A stretch of DNA of 64,000 nucleotides from Botryllus schlosseri (Eukaryota). Shown piece after piece: positions 27,048-39,582 of the stretch (the first letter of the stretch is position 1; every line of letters starts with the position of its first letter). The stretch lies in the NCBI GenBank assembly GCA_051294905.1, contig CM119371.1:9178001-9242000 (forward strand), given 5' to 3'. The notes under the pieces are model-generated. The model had not been told where the DNA came from. It ran no database searches and was given only the letters and a program-made list of their open reading frames with translations. The position numbers and the translations under genes are program-made.

Positions 27048-27988
27048 TCATTTGCTGCATCTTTTCTTGGTCATGGGTTCCTGGCAGACTTTTGTCCAAG
27101 GATTTTGATCACCATAGGCATAGGTTGTATTCGCACCTTTCACTCTTTTTATAGCCTTACGCTGACATAAGGCATTTACTGAATAACTGACTTGGCTAAT
27201 ATCCGGATTCCTGCTATATCTCATCGAAGACCGCTGTTAAAAAAGCAGTCACGAATACATTGGTGAATAATATTAATGAATGTAATTACTGAAGTTACCA
27301 AAGATCCAAATGCTGCTTCCAGAACATCTTGTGTTAGGACTCTGAAAGATACTGATTCCATGCCACCATTCAAAAGCCGAATTGCTAGCTTGACCATGTT
27401 CTTCGTGGTAAACATCAATCCATGCAATGTAGGCCTTGCCATAAGACGCTTCTCCTCTCCTTTGTGTTTCTGCTCCACTTCCCGCTTAAAATGGATTAAT
27501 TAGTGTTAGCAACTATAAAGCAAAAGATATTTACAGTCATACCCTCCAGTCATCCAGATATTTCATGAAGTGATCTTGTAGCCATGACAATCTTTCATCA
27601 GTTGTGCTTTTGATGTCGGTTGCTGTCATGATTTTGAACCACTTATCAAAAAGAAGAACGAATTCAGCAGTCCCTTCCGAATTTGGCACTTCATATTCAA
27701 GGGATTTTCCGACTTCGTGGCTCAAAACCTCTTTTGCCAAATATACTCTCATCTTCAATGAAGATACAATTAGAATATGCAATGGACCAGGACCAATGAC
27801 AGTTCTCATACCTTGCTGTATGAATCTAATTCAATGTGGGTACAGGTGATTTTATTGGGTGTGTGCAGTGGTTGGTCCATGTTTTTTTTATACAATTCCC
27901 TGATGTGAGTCCAAAGTATGTCCTTGCCTGATTTGCATAAATACTTCGTACCAGCAGACTTGGACGAATAAAGTGAATTTCTCGCCAT
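27048..27988 (-). pseudogene. P-element transposase remnant (GTP-binding insertion + C-terminal RNase H half), 4 exons: 27988-27812, 27752-27543, 27484-27299, 27233-27048
   Basis: ARNSLYSS...ILWTHIRELY...KITCTHIELDSYSK|MRVYLAKEVLS...TAEFVLLFDKWF...LTQDVLEAAFGSL|RSSMRYSRNP...EPMTKKRCSK*; three phase-0 GT-AG introns (59, 58, 65 bp); open 252-aa frame. Confidence 0.85.
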
Positions 27989-28433
27989 CTCGCAAACTTT
28001 TGGAAAATTTGGAGGACTTTTTTTGCTTCTCATGCAACGCAAACTTTGCAAAATTGTGAGACAAGATGTTATTCAAGTGTCTCATTGCCTTGTCCATGAC
28101 ATCCTCAACCTCATTTAGGTCTGAGCCAGATTGAAGTGACACAGTATGAATTAATTTGTTATAGAATGGATCACAGTGAATTGCGTCAAGTGCCCTGAAA
28201 AAATTGATCTTTTTCAAGGGTTTTGCCATTTCTTTACTGTGGATAACATAAGAGCGGAGAACCATGCCATGAAACTGTTCAGACGGGCTCTTCAATCCAC
28301 CGTCTTTCTTCTGCATCACTTTAATGAGGTTTCCCGATGGCGCAGCAGATGTTAGGCATGTGGCAATTGCTTCGTTAGCTTGCTTAGAAATGGCTCCCAA
28401 AAGCACTCCACCAATATATTCAAGTAATATCAC
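27989..28433 (-). pseudogene. Segment resembling the P/THAP9 transposase C-terminal domain, located upstream of the catalytic remnant
   Basis: LEYIGGVL...C...LIKVMQKKDGGLKSPS...HNFAK...KKSSKFSKSLRD resembles the YIAGY / GGL..PS pattern; about 150 uninterrupted codons. Confidence 0.6.
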
Positions 28434-29033
28434 ATCAATCTCGTGAGAAATGTAACATAGGCTACACAGTATTATTCACTAGTCATAACGACTCGCCACT
28501 GCTACCTAAATCTTGAACTGTCTAACTAATTCCGACACAACTTCAAGAAATACACGACGAATCGCCTTGAACGCCATTGAAACAAGCACTGAGCTATCAT
28601 GTTTTGGGTGCATCCATCTGACCGTGACCATTCTGCCGGCTAACAATGGGAGAACAATCGAGTCGTCACTCCAGTCATACTCTATACTCTAACTATGGTT
28701 ATTAACAAGTGTTCCATTGAACACTAGGGGTTCCTTGAGCCAGTCTTAGAGGATCCGCTGGAGGTCAAGACAGACACTGAACTCATATATATGATTTGTG
28801 TTTTAGTCGCCATAGGTGCTATTAGTAATAGGCCCAGCCTGTAGACCAGTGGTTCCCAACCTTTTTGTCTTCATTCCCCACTTCAGATTTATTCCGAGCC
28901 TTAATTCCCCACCAGGACCGAAACAACAGTTTTTTAGCCCCGCTAAACACAACATTGGCCTTAGGGCCCCAGCCCCGCTGAGCCTGTACGTTTTTTCCTG
29001 GAAACTTATGTATCAGCTACATTTGGTCTACTG

Positions 29034-30267
29034 CAGTGGTCGGGAACCTTTTTTTCGGAAGAGCCATATTGGACCTATTTTTTCCATCTCAACTCACAAA
29101 GAGCCACACCTGCCAATCAACTTCTACGTCACAATTGAAAATTCGTGACGTCATATAGTACCACTAATTCGAACTCACTACATGGGATTCCTCGTGTGCG
29201 CCATATTTTCTCTGTAAAATCTGGTATTTATTGTTCGAAAATAAAGCTCGAAGCGAGAGGTAAGGCACAGACGGGCCAAGCCTGATTATTGATAACGCAA
29301 TTCGTCGTAAGGAGCTTCGAATTTATTATAACTGATAATAATCGAATGTGATTGTCACACTGATTCCGAAAATCTAAATTCTTATCGACTTCTCAATTCT
29401 CAATGCGGTAGCATAACGTTGCGCTACACGCATACATTTTATTGCCGGTACTACACAGCGCTATACTTACCAAACAAGAACTTGGATAGATGTGGCGTGG
29501 TTTGTGATTCGAGTGTGTAATTGTGAATGTCACATCCACAAGAGTTCATTTCGCGCCGTAGATCAGGAAGACAGTGCGTATTTGAAAACTGCGTTTTGAA
29601 ATGGGCGTCGCCATGTCTGCTATGCTTTGTTTGTTTGTTTTTTGGGTATTCATGGTGTTTGTCGACTACTATGGTCATTTACACCAGGCCGGTATTCTTC
29701 TTATTTTCCGTAACTGCCGAGTTATAGCACGGCCCACCTCTAGACTTTTTGTAAGACACCGCTGACGCGGATGAGGTGGCGAGGAGGAGCCTAGGTAAAC
29801 CTCCTACACTTACGTGTCGGAATTCGGAAGTCGACCTCGGTCGGACTCGAGCCCGCACCCATTGGTGTTGCAGCCGTGGATTATACCACTGCGCTATCTC
29901 GCTACGTCTGCTATGCTCTTTGATTAATCAACGTATCGCACTATTCAAGATTTCGAGTCGGGTAGACCTACATAGAATTCTCGTGGGAATATTGGCCGCC
30001 GGCGTGACAGTAACTTAAATTTGATGATTTTGAAAAGAGGGGTCCGAGCCCCTAAACCTGAATACGGCATTGTCTTTAGCTCTCAAAGACATGTTTATTG
30101 TTTATACTGCGAGGAGAATAATTATTCTGGCCGTGATGAAAATTTACCAACAATAAGTCGCTGCAACATTGATCAATTCAGTATAAAAAGAAATATTTGG
30201 CAAAGAGCCATATCTTATACCCAAAAGAGCCATATATGGCTCGCGAGCCATAGGTTCCCGACCACTG
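29034..30267 (-). mobile_element. MITE family Z copy nested in Y
   Basis: TIR CAGTGGTCGGGAACC, perfect TSD gtctactg. Confidence 0.9.
29627..29905 (-). mobile_element. tRNA(Cys-like)-derived SINE, full length
   Basis: A/B boxes, (AAAC)n tail, 12-bp TSD gtctgctatgct. Confidence 0.85.
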
Positions 30268-30974
30268 GTCTACTGTTTACTACATCGTTTCATTTCGAAT
30301 AAACGCGTGAGGCGCGAAAATTTTATTTAATTCGTGTTTGAATCGGTCTATATGATCGGGAATTGCATATATTTTGCTATCAATTTTTATCCCTTCTCTG
30401 CTCACGTTATCAGATTTACCGGTAGAGCTGAGTGAGGTATGTTGGAAAAGGTAGAACTTCTAAATAAGAATCTAACATCTTCGGGCGGACCCGTTTAGCC
30501 AATGAAACATATATGTGTATTGTATATATATCGAAGTCCAAGGTCACCACAAGAGCATTTCTTCTCCGTCAAGGTCTTCTCGCTGCTGATCGTTCTGGCA
30601 CACTTCTCGGAGTTACATGGCCTATAACTTCATATGCCTTGGTGCGTCGCGGCGCAGTAATGGCCGACGACGAAGTCTCTGTTTCTATAAATTCTACGTA
30701 TTTTCGTGGAGGAAGGTTACCCAATAATCAGATATTGGACAATAATAAATCGCGCACATAGCGCGGAATTTTTTTGAAAAAGTGGCATAAATTTAAAAAG
30801 AACACTTCAATTTATGTTAATTCACGAAATAATTTTGGGCCCCTTCGAGCTCGCCCCCTTCTCAATTGAGGGGTTTGGGGTGCGACAGTTACGATCCTGT
30901 TCCCCACTACCCAGCACTTTTGTCATCACAGAGCAGCTCTATACATGTTTGACTACACAAGACACACAACCACA

Positions 30975-31249
30975 GTGGCGAGATAGCGCGGTGGTATAAT
31001 CCGCGGCTGCAATACCAATGGGTACGGGTTTGAGTCCGATCAAGGTCGACTTCTGAATTCCGAAACCTAAGTGTTGGAGGTTTACCTAGGCTCCTCCTCG
31101 CCACCTCATCCGCGTCAGCGGTGTCTTACAAAAGCCTAGAGGCCGGCCGTGCTATAAGTCCGCAGTTACGGAAAATAAGAAGAATGTCGGCCTGGTGTAA
31201 ATGACCATAGTAGTCGACAAACACCATGAATACCCCAAAAACAAACAAA
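30975..31249 (+). mobile_element. tRNA(Cys-like)-derived SINE, full length
   Basis: GGCGAGATAGCGCGGTGGTATAATCCGCGGCTGCAA...GGTTTGAGTCC head, AAAC tail, caaccaca-type TSD; further copies at about 34187-34610, 41310-41446, 44190-44320 and 63492-63630. Confidence 0.85.
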
Positions 31250-32004
31250 GACGCAACCACACCAGTACGTAAGACAATCGCCTATAACTGTAACATAAGA
31301 CGTATTGTGAACCGATACCAATAATGGTCAAAATTTCGTGAAAACGATATTTTATGTCAAACTAGTCGTGCTGGATGCGTTTGTGACGCCATGATTGGCC
31401 AGCCAGAGTTAAAAATTGGGATTTGTGATCAACACGCAACACAACTTTCGATACATACATTCCAGAACAGTTAACACGTAACGGTAATTGCGCATGTGTT
31501 TCCGTGAATATGTAGACTGTCCTGTACATAATTCTGAACAAATGCGTCCATTCCCCACCTGAAACCATTGAATTCCCCACCAGTGGGGAATTCCCCACCG
31601 TTTGGGAACCACTGCTGTAGACGAATTGTGTTTGCTGTGGTGGTACGTCGTTTGCAGCGTACGCAGGAAACGTTGGAGTTAGGAATTGAAACCACGTCCT
31701 GCTGAAATGACAATTCTATCGCCGATCGTTATATGATCATTTGTAACATAACGATTGGTATCACTCTGTTATGTTTTGATCGGACAATGCTATGACACTC
31801 TGCAAGGTGAAGCTTAGCATTTCTGAAATGGTATCTGAAGGAGAATAGCAGAAGGCACGCGGTATAGCAACAAATATTCATTATAATGTTCGTCTTGTGT
31901 GAAAATTATATTTAATGGTAATGTTCTTTTAACACTCTGTTGGTGCACAGTTCGTTTTGTGCACCAAGTAATGTATTATGTGTGTCGCTAGATGTGGTTA
32001 ATCG

Positions 32005-33271
32005 CAGAGGTGGTCAGTAACGAAGTACTTCTACTTTCTGGAAATACTCAAGTAGTTTTCCTCTACTTCTGGTACTTACTCAAGTAGATCTCATTTTCTC
32101 TACTTCTACTTCTACTTCGTAATATTTAGTATTCTACTTGCTTACTTTTCACTATTTTCAGTTTGTCAAGTAGAAGTAGTTTATTACCCCAATACGAAAG
32201 ATAGCCTGAGAAATTTTGGGGCTGTTTTCACGGAGTACCAACATTTAATATTCATAAAAGTCAAATAAAAGCCCAGAAATTTTTTGGCGCTTCGCGCACA
32301 GCAGTTATGGAGTGCCAAATATGTTTTCACGAAAGTATCAGTGAATATAATTTAGGTACCGGATTGCTTTGTCCCGCTCACACCGCATTGTCGCCTATAT
32401 CAAATATTTCAACACAGTAAATATGGCCCACCATAACGTTTGAAACTCCCGTTTTGCAATCTAGCAATTGCCTATCATATCGTTATCTAGCAGCCCATGA
32501 CGTGTCCTGCTAATCTGGAAAATCCAGCTTTTTTAACGTCACACCTGTTTTAGCAGATCACCTTTGAAGCTTTATGGTCAAAGACATGAAATGTATTTTC
32601 CGCTCTTTTTAAGTGGTATTTGTATTACACTTTCAATTCCGAATATCATACCTTCAGTTCTAATTAATTTCAGTTCGTTTGTCTGCAGAACATAGGCTAC
32701 ATGTTGAAGCATAAAAGCGAGTGTAGTAATGCCTCTATTATCCGAAAATAAAGCTACACTCAATACAAATTTTACGATCCACAATACTTGTTATTAACGT
32801 ATACTAATCACACAAAGTGTTGAAACCGTATCCGATTCAACTTCTCCGTATTGCTTTTCGCCTAAACTTGGGGCCTTATAATATGGGGTAGGGCACCATG
32901 CCATGATATTATCTAAAACGGGGTCTTCTAGTATACAGTGGCTTAGTATCGCATTTTCATATCAATACTATAATTTGCATCTCGTGATGCGAAAGAATGC
33001 TTATTTTGGGATGTATCAATACGAATCAAGTTCTCTGCACCTTCTGCATAGCTCAATTTGCAGCTTTTGACAATCCATGCGAACGAATTAAGACTGTTTT
33101 CAAAACTAGTTACTTACTTGAGTAGATTTAAAGTCAGTCAATTCTACTTCTACTTCAAGTAGTTTTAGGTGGCTTGTTGAAGAAGTACTTCTACTTGTAC
33201 TTGAGCAGAATTTTTCGTCGCTACTTCTACTTCTACTTGAGCAGCTTTCTTGACTACTTTGACCACCTCTG
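32005..33271 (+). mobile_element. hAT-like element family V, copy 2
   Basis: TIR CAGAGGTGGTCA, perfect TSD gttaatcg. Confidence 0.9.
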
Positions 33272-34300
33272 GTTAATCGTAGTTTTTTGTTTTGTTTTTA
33301 TTACTCGGTGAATATTTGCGGTTCCACGAAGGTTTGCTGATGATCGTTAGTGTTCCGAAAGTCAGTAAACGTTACGAATCATTGCCCTATAATTTAAGCT
33401 GGAAATCGCTGCGCGACAATCTGGGAAGCCCCGAGATTCCTCACACCGCGAGCGGATAATAAAAGCATATTTGTTAGCAAGGTCATGTTTGTTGCGGCTT
33501 GTTACGAACGTATCAGGCGAATTTATTGCTAATAATCTCAAATAATAGATTGTAGTGAATTCGATATAACGAAAAGGCATGCACACTGAATGAAAAGTAA
33601 TGGAAGATATAGCATAAAAAAGAGAAGCAATTAAACGAAGTGGTACAGGCAGTTGAAAGAAATTTCAGAATTTTTCGATAAAGCCATTTTTCGTGAAAGT
33701 TTAATTTTCGAACTTGTATGTATTAAAACTATACCAACCTTAAACACGATGCATATGTGTATTGTGTAGGCGAGGTCGATATATCATAATGTGATGGTGT
33801 AACCTCGAGCGCTGACTATAATATTAGAGTGAGATTCTAAATTTGGTAGGTTTTATACAAAATAAAAAGGGATCGGGACAAACATGTTTTGTTTTCGCCT
33901 GCCTTTCTGACGACATACAAAACATTGTTTCGCCCAAAATCAACAGGAGTTCGAATCGCGACGACGCAAACAATTCTCTCAACGATATAATCGATCTGAC
34001 CGAAGTATATAGTCGGGTTTATTATTTATACCCTCTCAAAACATTGAAGGATTGCGACACATTTAAAAGATAGGAAGGTGTCGAAACGCATTCGAGTAGT
34101 CTTTCAAATCAGACAACCACTTTGGCCTAGAGCAGTGCTTCTTAAAGTTAGTTCAGTTGCATACCCTTTCGAATTATCTGTATGTTGCTATTTGTAGTAT
34201 TCATGGTGTTTGTCGCCTACTATGGTCATTTACACCTGGCCAATTTTCGTATTTTAATCCGTAGCTGCCGACTTGTAGCACAGCCCACTTCTATGCTTTT

Positions 34301-34443
34301 GAAGAGCTTCTTGGAGGCACAGAACTTCAATATACAATTGAGTAGTATATTCATATTGAAATGAACCCGAATATTTTCGGCTTACACTCGTCAGGGTCAG
34401 CCGAAAATATTCGGGTTCATTTTAATATAAATATACTATTCAG
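34301..34443. mobile_element. Foldback Penelope-like terminus inserted in a SINE
   Basis: Homologous to 38985-39080; internal inverted repeat; flanked by duplicated ttctatgctttt. Confidence 0.7.
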
Positions 34444-36703
34444 TTCTATGCTTTTATAATATGCCTCTTAGACAGACGAGATGGCGAGGAGGAGTCTAGA
34501 TAAAGCTCCAACACTTAGGTAGGAATTCTGGAGTCCACCTCAGTCGGACTCGAACCCGCAACGCATTGCTACTGCAGCTGTTGATTATACCACTATGCTA
34601 TCCCGCCCAATTTATCTTTATGTGTGGTGTACCTCTTCAACATAATTTTACTTAAGGTACACTCAACGGAAAGACAGAATTTAACATACCATTTGCATTT
34701 ATGTATCTATAGTTGGAGTACCCTTTAAAATCAGACTTAAACTGGGCACGGATCATTGATTCTTAACCTTTACTAACTTGACGAACCCCAAATATTCTAC
34801 TAGTCACAAAAGCAAAGACATACCCCATTACTTATCTAGTACTACTACTATAAATGCCGGTGCCCCTAATGAACTCTGCATAAACAACAGTCTTAAAAGT
34901 ACAACCTCTCCAAAGGATCATTTTTACACGAAACAAAAATATGATATCGAATATTTACTCCATATCATTGGTACTTATTCTGCGTATGATTGAAGCATGT
35001 CTGTTGACATATAGGGAACGATTGCAACTGGGTAAACGGACCCCGGTTATGAACCATCGTTCTATAGAGCAGTGGATCATAAAGGGGGCCTCGGCTGCTG
35101 TGGGCGTTTTGCGACCTTGAAGAGAGCTAGCCACAAATTAGGTGATTGAGGCGCTTAAAGTCAACGTGGGACGTATTGACTGGCGGAAGCTGTTTGAGAA
35201 AATTCGTATAATAATAGTTGTATCTGTGAACCAAAGTCAGATAGATGGATATCTGATCACGTTGATCGCGGTAGAACAAGGTGCATTCCTTCGAAAATCG
35301 CTCCTGCATATCTTCATTGTTATTCAACATTGACGTTTCTAAACTTACCAACTAGCTAACAAACAAACCAAATATCCAAACTATTCATCACAGTACGAAT
35401 CGTTTGATTGTCCAGTGACACTTATGGTAAGATTTGTGTAAGATATCCAGGAATTCGTACAAAATGTGACTCTGACATAGCGTACATAACATATATCTGG
35501 CTTCCAATAAATTAGTTTATTGCAAAAAGGCTACGCGACAACGTAGTGACTGATCAAGAAATGAACCAAGCAACTGTTTTTCGCGAGTATGTTATAGGGG
35601 ACGTTCGATACCAGTTTTGCGCTCCAGCAGGACGTTGACGAAAAAGTACGTGAAACACTGCTAGAGAGATATGCACACAGAATGAAAAGTATTAGAACAT
35701 AGTATAAAAGGACAAGCTATCAAATAAGGCGGCATATATGAAGGAACGTCGATATATCAGATCGTGGTCCAGTAATATCGATATCGAGTAGAAGTTACTT
35801 GCATATAACGGCAAAAACGGATGAACTCTCGGGATTACGAAGAAAGTTTAATTGCAAGTTGGTATGACCTTCGCGACGCGCCAAACCAGGGTTTAACAAG
35901 CGGGAGATCTTCATAGAAATGTTCGTGACATTGGCTCAATCGCAAAGCGTATAACGATATAATTACGCGCGGGTGTTTCTCAGTCCTCGGGACTATAGAC
36001 ATTGTCTCTGTATATAGTCAAGTTTAAGAAGTCGCAAACAGTTGAGAAGTGAGATTCGTGTTGCAAACAGAGTTGAGCAACTTTATGTCAAATCAGACTT
36101 CCTTTCTCATAAGCGAGAAAATGGTTTTCTGTTTGCATTGTTTCAATCAATATTTAATACAATGCTGTGAGTATAGATAATATTATCGGAGTTTTTCGGA
36201 CCCGATCGCGGCCAGCTGAAACTATCTAATTGTATTAATCTGGTAGGTTAGTGTTCTAAGTCGCTCGAGTTGTCTGCCTTCGACTTGATCATATTCTTAC
36301 TAACACGTAAGCTACCTTTACGTTATCGCGTATAAATTCGCTGCTTCTCGTCAGGCTTCGTCAAAATAAAGGACGCCAGATTTTTTTGACGGGGCGAGAA
36401 CTTATTTCTCGGTAATCGACGAAGATGTCGTAACTCGGTAAATTATTAGAACTTGTCACAGGAGGTAGCCGGCAACGAATTGTTTTTCTCAATACCCAAA
36501 TGGTTATGTTTTTTACTACTGCAGTGGGCGGTCAAAATGGTTATGGTCGGTACTAAAGTAGCAGCTGAAGTAACGACGTCAATTTGTACCCAACACAGGA
36601 GTAATCGCACTTAGTTATACAAGCGCTATGTTAGCTATGATATATAAGTTGTCATGAAGATATGACGAATTCTACAGCAGTGTCCAATATCTTGGGATCT
36701 GTC

Positions 36704-37669
36704 CAGTGTTGGGATGACTCGAGTCATGACTTGACTCGAATCACTTTCGAAAAATGACTGGACTTGACTTCACTCGGAGCTTCAAAAATGTACATTGACT
36801 CGTGACTCGGAGCAAATTTTTCGAGTCAATTCCAATCCATCAAATAAACGGTGTCGATTAAATCACAGTATCTAGTATATGTTCGGATTGTTCGAGATAC
36901 GCCGGTGTCACCAAGTGAGAGCCACCAATCATTCACTGATCATACGTTACACTGATCCTTCATTGTTACATCACAAATAAACTGACCGCAAACGAAACGA
37001 TCACATAGCTTACGTTGTTGTCGTCGTAGCAGTAGTAGATTAAGCAAATAGCAATGTTTTGCTTCTTAGACGGCACAGTGCCTAAGTTACGCTGTGCTCA
37101 TCTTTACCAACCCTCATATATCATTTATATCCAACAAATATAGTTCTTGCGTTCATATTACCACGGATGTGTGAAAGGGTAGTGTAGGGTATTGTACCGT
37201 ATCAATTTATTTCAACTTCTCGAGACTCCGTATTCGATTCTATATTTTGCCTGATAATAACTGACTGTAGCATATAGCTGTACGGTTACTCATGTGTTTT
37301 ATTAGCAGTTCTGCGTGTGCGTGAACAATACAACGTCTTTTTGCATGTATATTTAACTTTGTATTCGTTATTTGACTCGTGATAAAGGCCAATTAATCTG
37401 TCATTCACACGGCTAGCAAAATTTAACGACTTTGAATCATCACTCATACTTCGAAAATTCAATTTGACTAGAATTGTGACTTGACTCGTGACTTGACTTG
37501 ACTTGACTGGACTTGTCTCGACTTGACTCGAGTCACCTCCAAAAAACGAATGACTTGACTTGACTCGATTCACCTTTGAAAATCGATTGACTTGACTTGA
37601 CTCGAGTCAAAATGTGCAGTGACTCGAGATGACTCGTGGCTCGAAGGTAGTGACTTGATCCCAACACTG
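36704..37669 (+). mobile_element. hAT-like MITE with GACTCGAGTC/GACTT subterminal arrays
   Basis: TIR CAGTGTTGGGAT, TSD gatctgtc/gatctgtg; inverted sibling at 46297-47219. Confidence 0.85.
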
Positions 37670-38984
37670 GATCTGTGAGAACATATTTCACATCCAAATT
37701 TAACCATTTCATGTAGCATAAAGTGCTTATTTTCTTTAGTGTCGATATATTCCACTCAACGTAGCAAAAGTGTTTAACAGATTCTTGTACATTGCACTTC
37801 TGTCATAGTTAAGAGTTAGCAGAACCAATCTTATTCAAATGTTGGTTCAGTCTACCACTGTCGTTTCTTAATCAAAGGAGGGCTGTACCGGAAAATATAT
37901 CGAAATAGGGACGCGGCTAGGGTTGCATTTAAAACGAGCGATGTTTTAAAACACTTGGATTAAAACATGTTTTGAACAGTGTTCTTTTTTTTAAAAGCCC
38001 TTTACAAAAATTGTGGCATTTCTAAGTTGTAAAATTATGTCGTAATTGTGTAGATACTTTACAAAAAACATATTGTATGAACCTACAGACAATTAACAAC
38101 CGTTGTGGCCGCCGTATACCGATATGAGATGGTTGGAACCCTCAAAACAGTCGGTTCAACGGCAATAGTACATATATATCATCAAAGGAACTATGTTTAC
38201 CCTACATTTTCAATTGTCAATGTCAATTCACTATGACGTCACAATTGAATATTCGTGACGTCGTAGCTTCAAAAAAAAAAACATAAAAAAAACAATAAAA
38301 AACATGTTTTAAATTAGGGTCTTGTTTCAAACATGTTTATTTTGAATTGATTTTTGTTTCAGATCCAACCCTAGACATAGCGAAGTGACGCTTCGCTATA
38401 GGGACACTTCCCCGTGTCTCTATTTTACTATATCTTCCGAAACTGATAGCTGTAGATATTCATATGTTCTTTTAGCATACATGCTTTGGTATAGTAGTAG
38501 TCGTATAGTAGTATCTGTAGTAGAGCATAAACCAGGGGCGGGCAACTTCTCCGGTCGGCGGGTCTGACATGCAAAAACGAAGCACTTGGCGGACCGGATT
38601 ACAAAATATATACATTAATCGCGTATTTATCCACCTATATAGGAAATAAATTGTATTTAATGTGAAGTTTAAAGCATAGTCACCAAAACAGCAGCCTATT
38701 TAATGAATTTAGTAACTGTAGCTGTTGAAGTCAATCGGACATCTGTGGCCGGTCAGAGTTGTCTACAAGTTCTTTGGACGCTGGCTGCATGTTGTATATT
38801 GAAACACTTAGTAAAGACTGTACGTTAACATCAGTTATGTTGGAACGTAGCGTTGTCTCGTTAATGTTAACGGTCGACAATATATGTACACCCGAACTGA
38901 GCAAGTAGTTTATTTCCCTCTTTCCTGGTTGCCAAACTTGGATTAATTCTGTGACGTATAAAATTTGTCCATACTTTCATATTA

Positions 38985-39582
38985 AAGAGCTTCTTGAAGG
39001 TAGAGAGCTTCAATATACAATTGAATAGTATATCCATACTGAAATGTACCTGAATATTTTCGGCTGAAACTCGTCAGGGTTAATCGTCAGCATCTAGTAG
39101 AGAATTGGAAAGAACATTGTATATCAACAATCGTATCACAGAATATGACGTCACCAGAATGGAATTAATCTCAAATAAGAGAGCGTTCAATGTACCATTT
39201 TAAGGTGGTACACGAACTCCTTCTGTAGACAAAGCTTGAGCTGGTGTATTTTCATAAAGTACGACCACAGGGCACACAGATGAAAGTGTGAGCGGCTCCT
39301 TCCGATGACGTGAAATCTGTCGTCTTGATAATTTTTTGAACAAACGGGAGCATCCACCAAATGCTTGCAAATGGCATAGTTTCTGGCCTTTGATCGGTCA
39401 GCATCAAGCGTGAGCGCATGAGACACGGGCGAGCTTTTCCCCGAGTGTGATGCACGTTTTCTACGATTGTTTATATACAATGTTCTTTCCAATTATTTAC
39501 TAGTTGCTGACGATTACCCCAACACGTGTCAGCCGAAAATATTCGGGTTCATTTCAATATGAATATATACTATTCAATTGTA
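38985..39582 (-). mobile_element. Penelope-like retroelement remnant: GIY-YIG endonuclease C-terminus between inverted pseudo-LTR arms, nested in a hAT MITE (about 38533-39687)
   Basis: AICKHLVDAPVCSKNYQDDRFHVIGRSRSHFHLCAL.SYFMKIHQLKLCLQKEFVYHL on the minus strand (39187-39400); inverted arms 39016-39135 and 39462-39582. Confidence 0.75.

Larger units (their letters stand above)
26194..28686 (-). mobile_element. P-superfamily (THAP9/Galileo-like) DNA transposon, internally deleted, with long TIRs
   Basis: TIRs 26194-26454 and 28426-28686 (261 bp, about 3 mismatches seen, start TATAGAGTATGACTGG); 7-bp TSD CTCTAAC at 26187-26193 and 28687-28693; internal P-transposase motifs. Confidence 0.9.
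28913..30899 (-). mobile_element. MITE family Y copy nested in X
   Basis: TIR caggaccg/cgatcctg, perfect TSD ttccccac. Confidence 0.85.
28847..31614. mobile_element. hAT MITE X, outer shell of a nested cluster
   Basis: TIR CAGTGGTTCCCAA, perfect TSD ctgtagac. Confidence 0.9.

Noticed and set aside
30975..31050. Functional tRNA gene
   Set aside because: The tRNA-like head continues into a repeated body with AAAC tail and TSD, so it is a SINE
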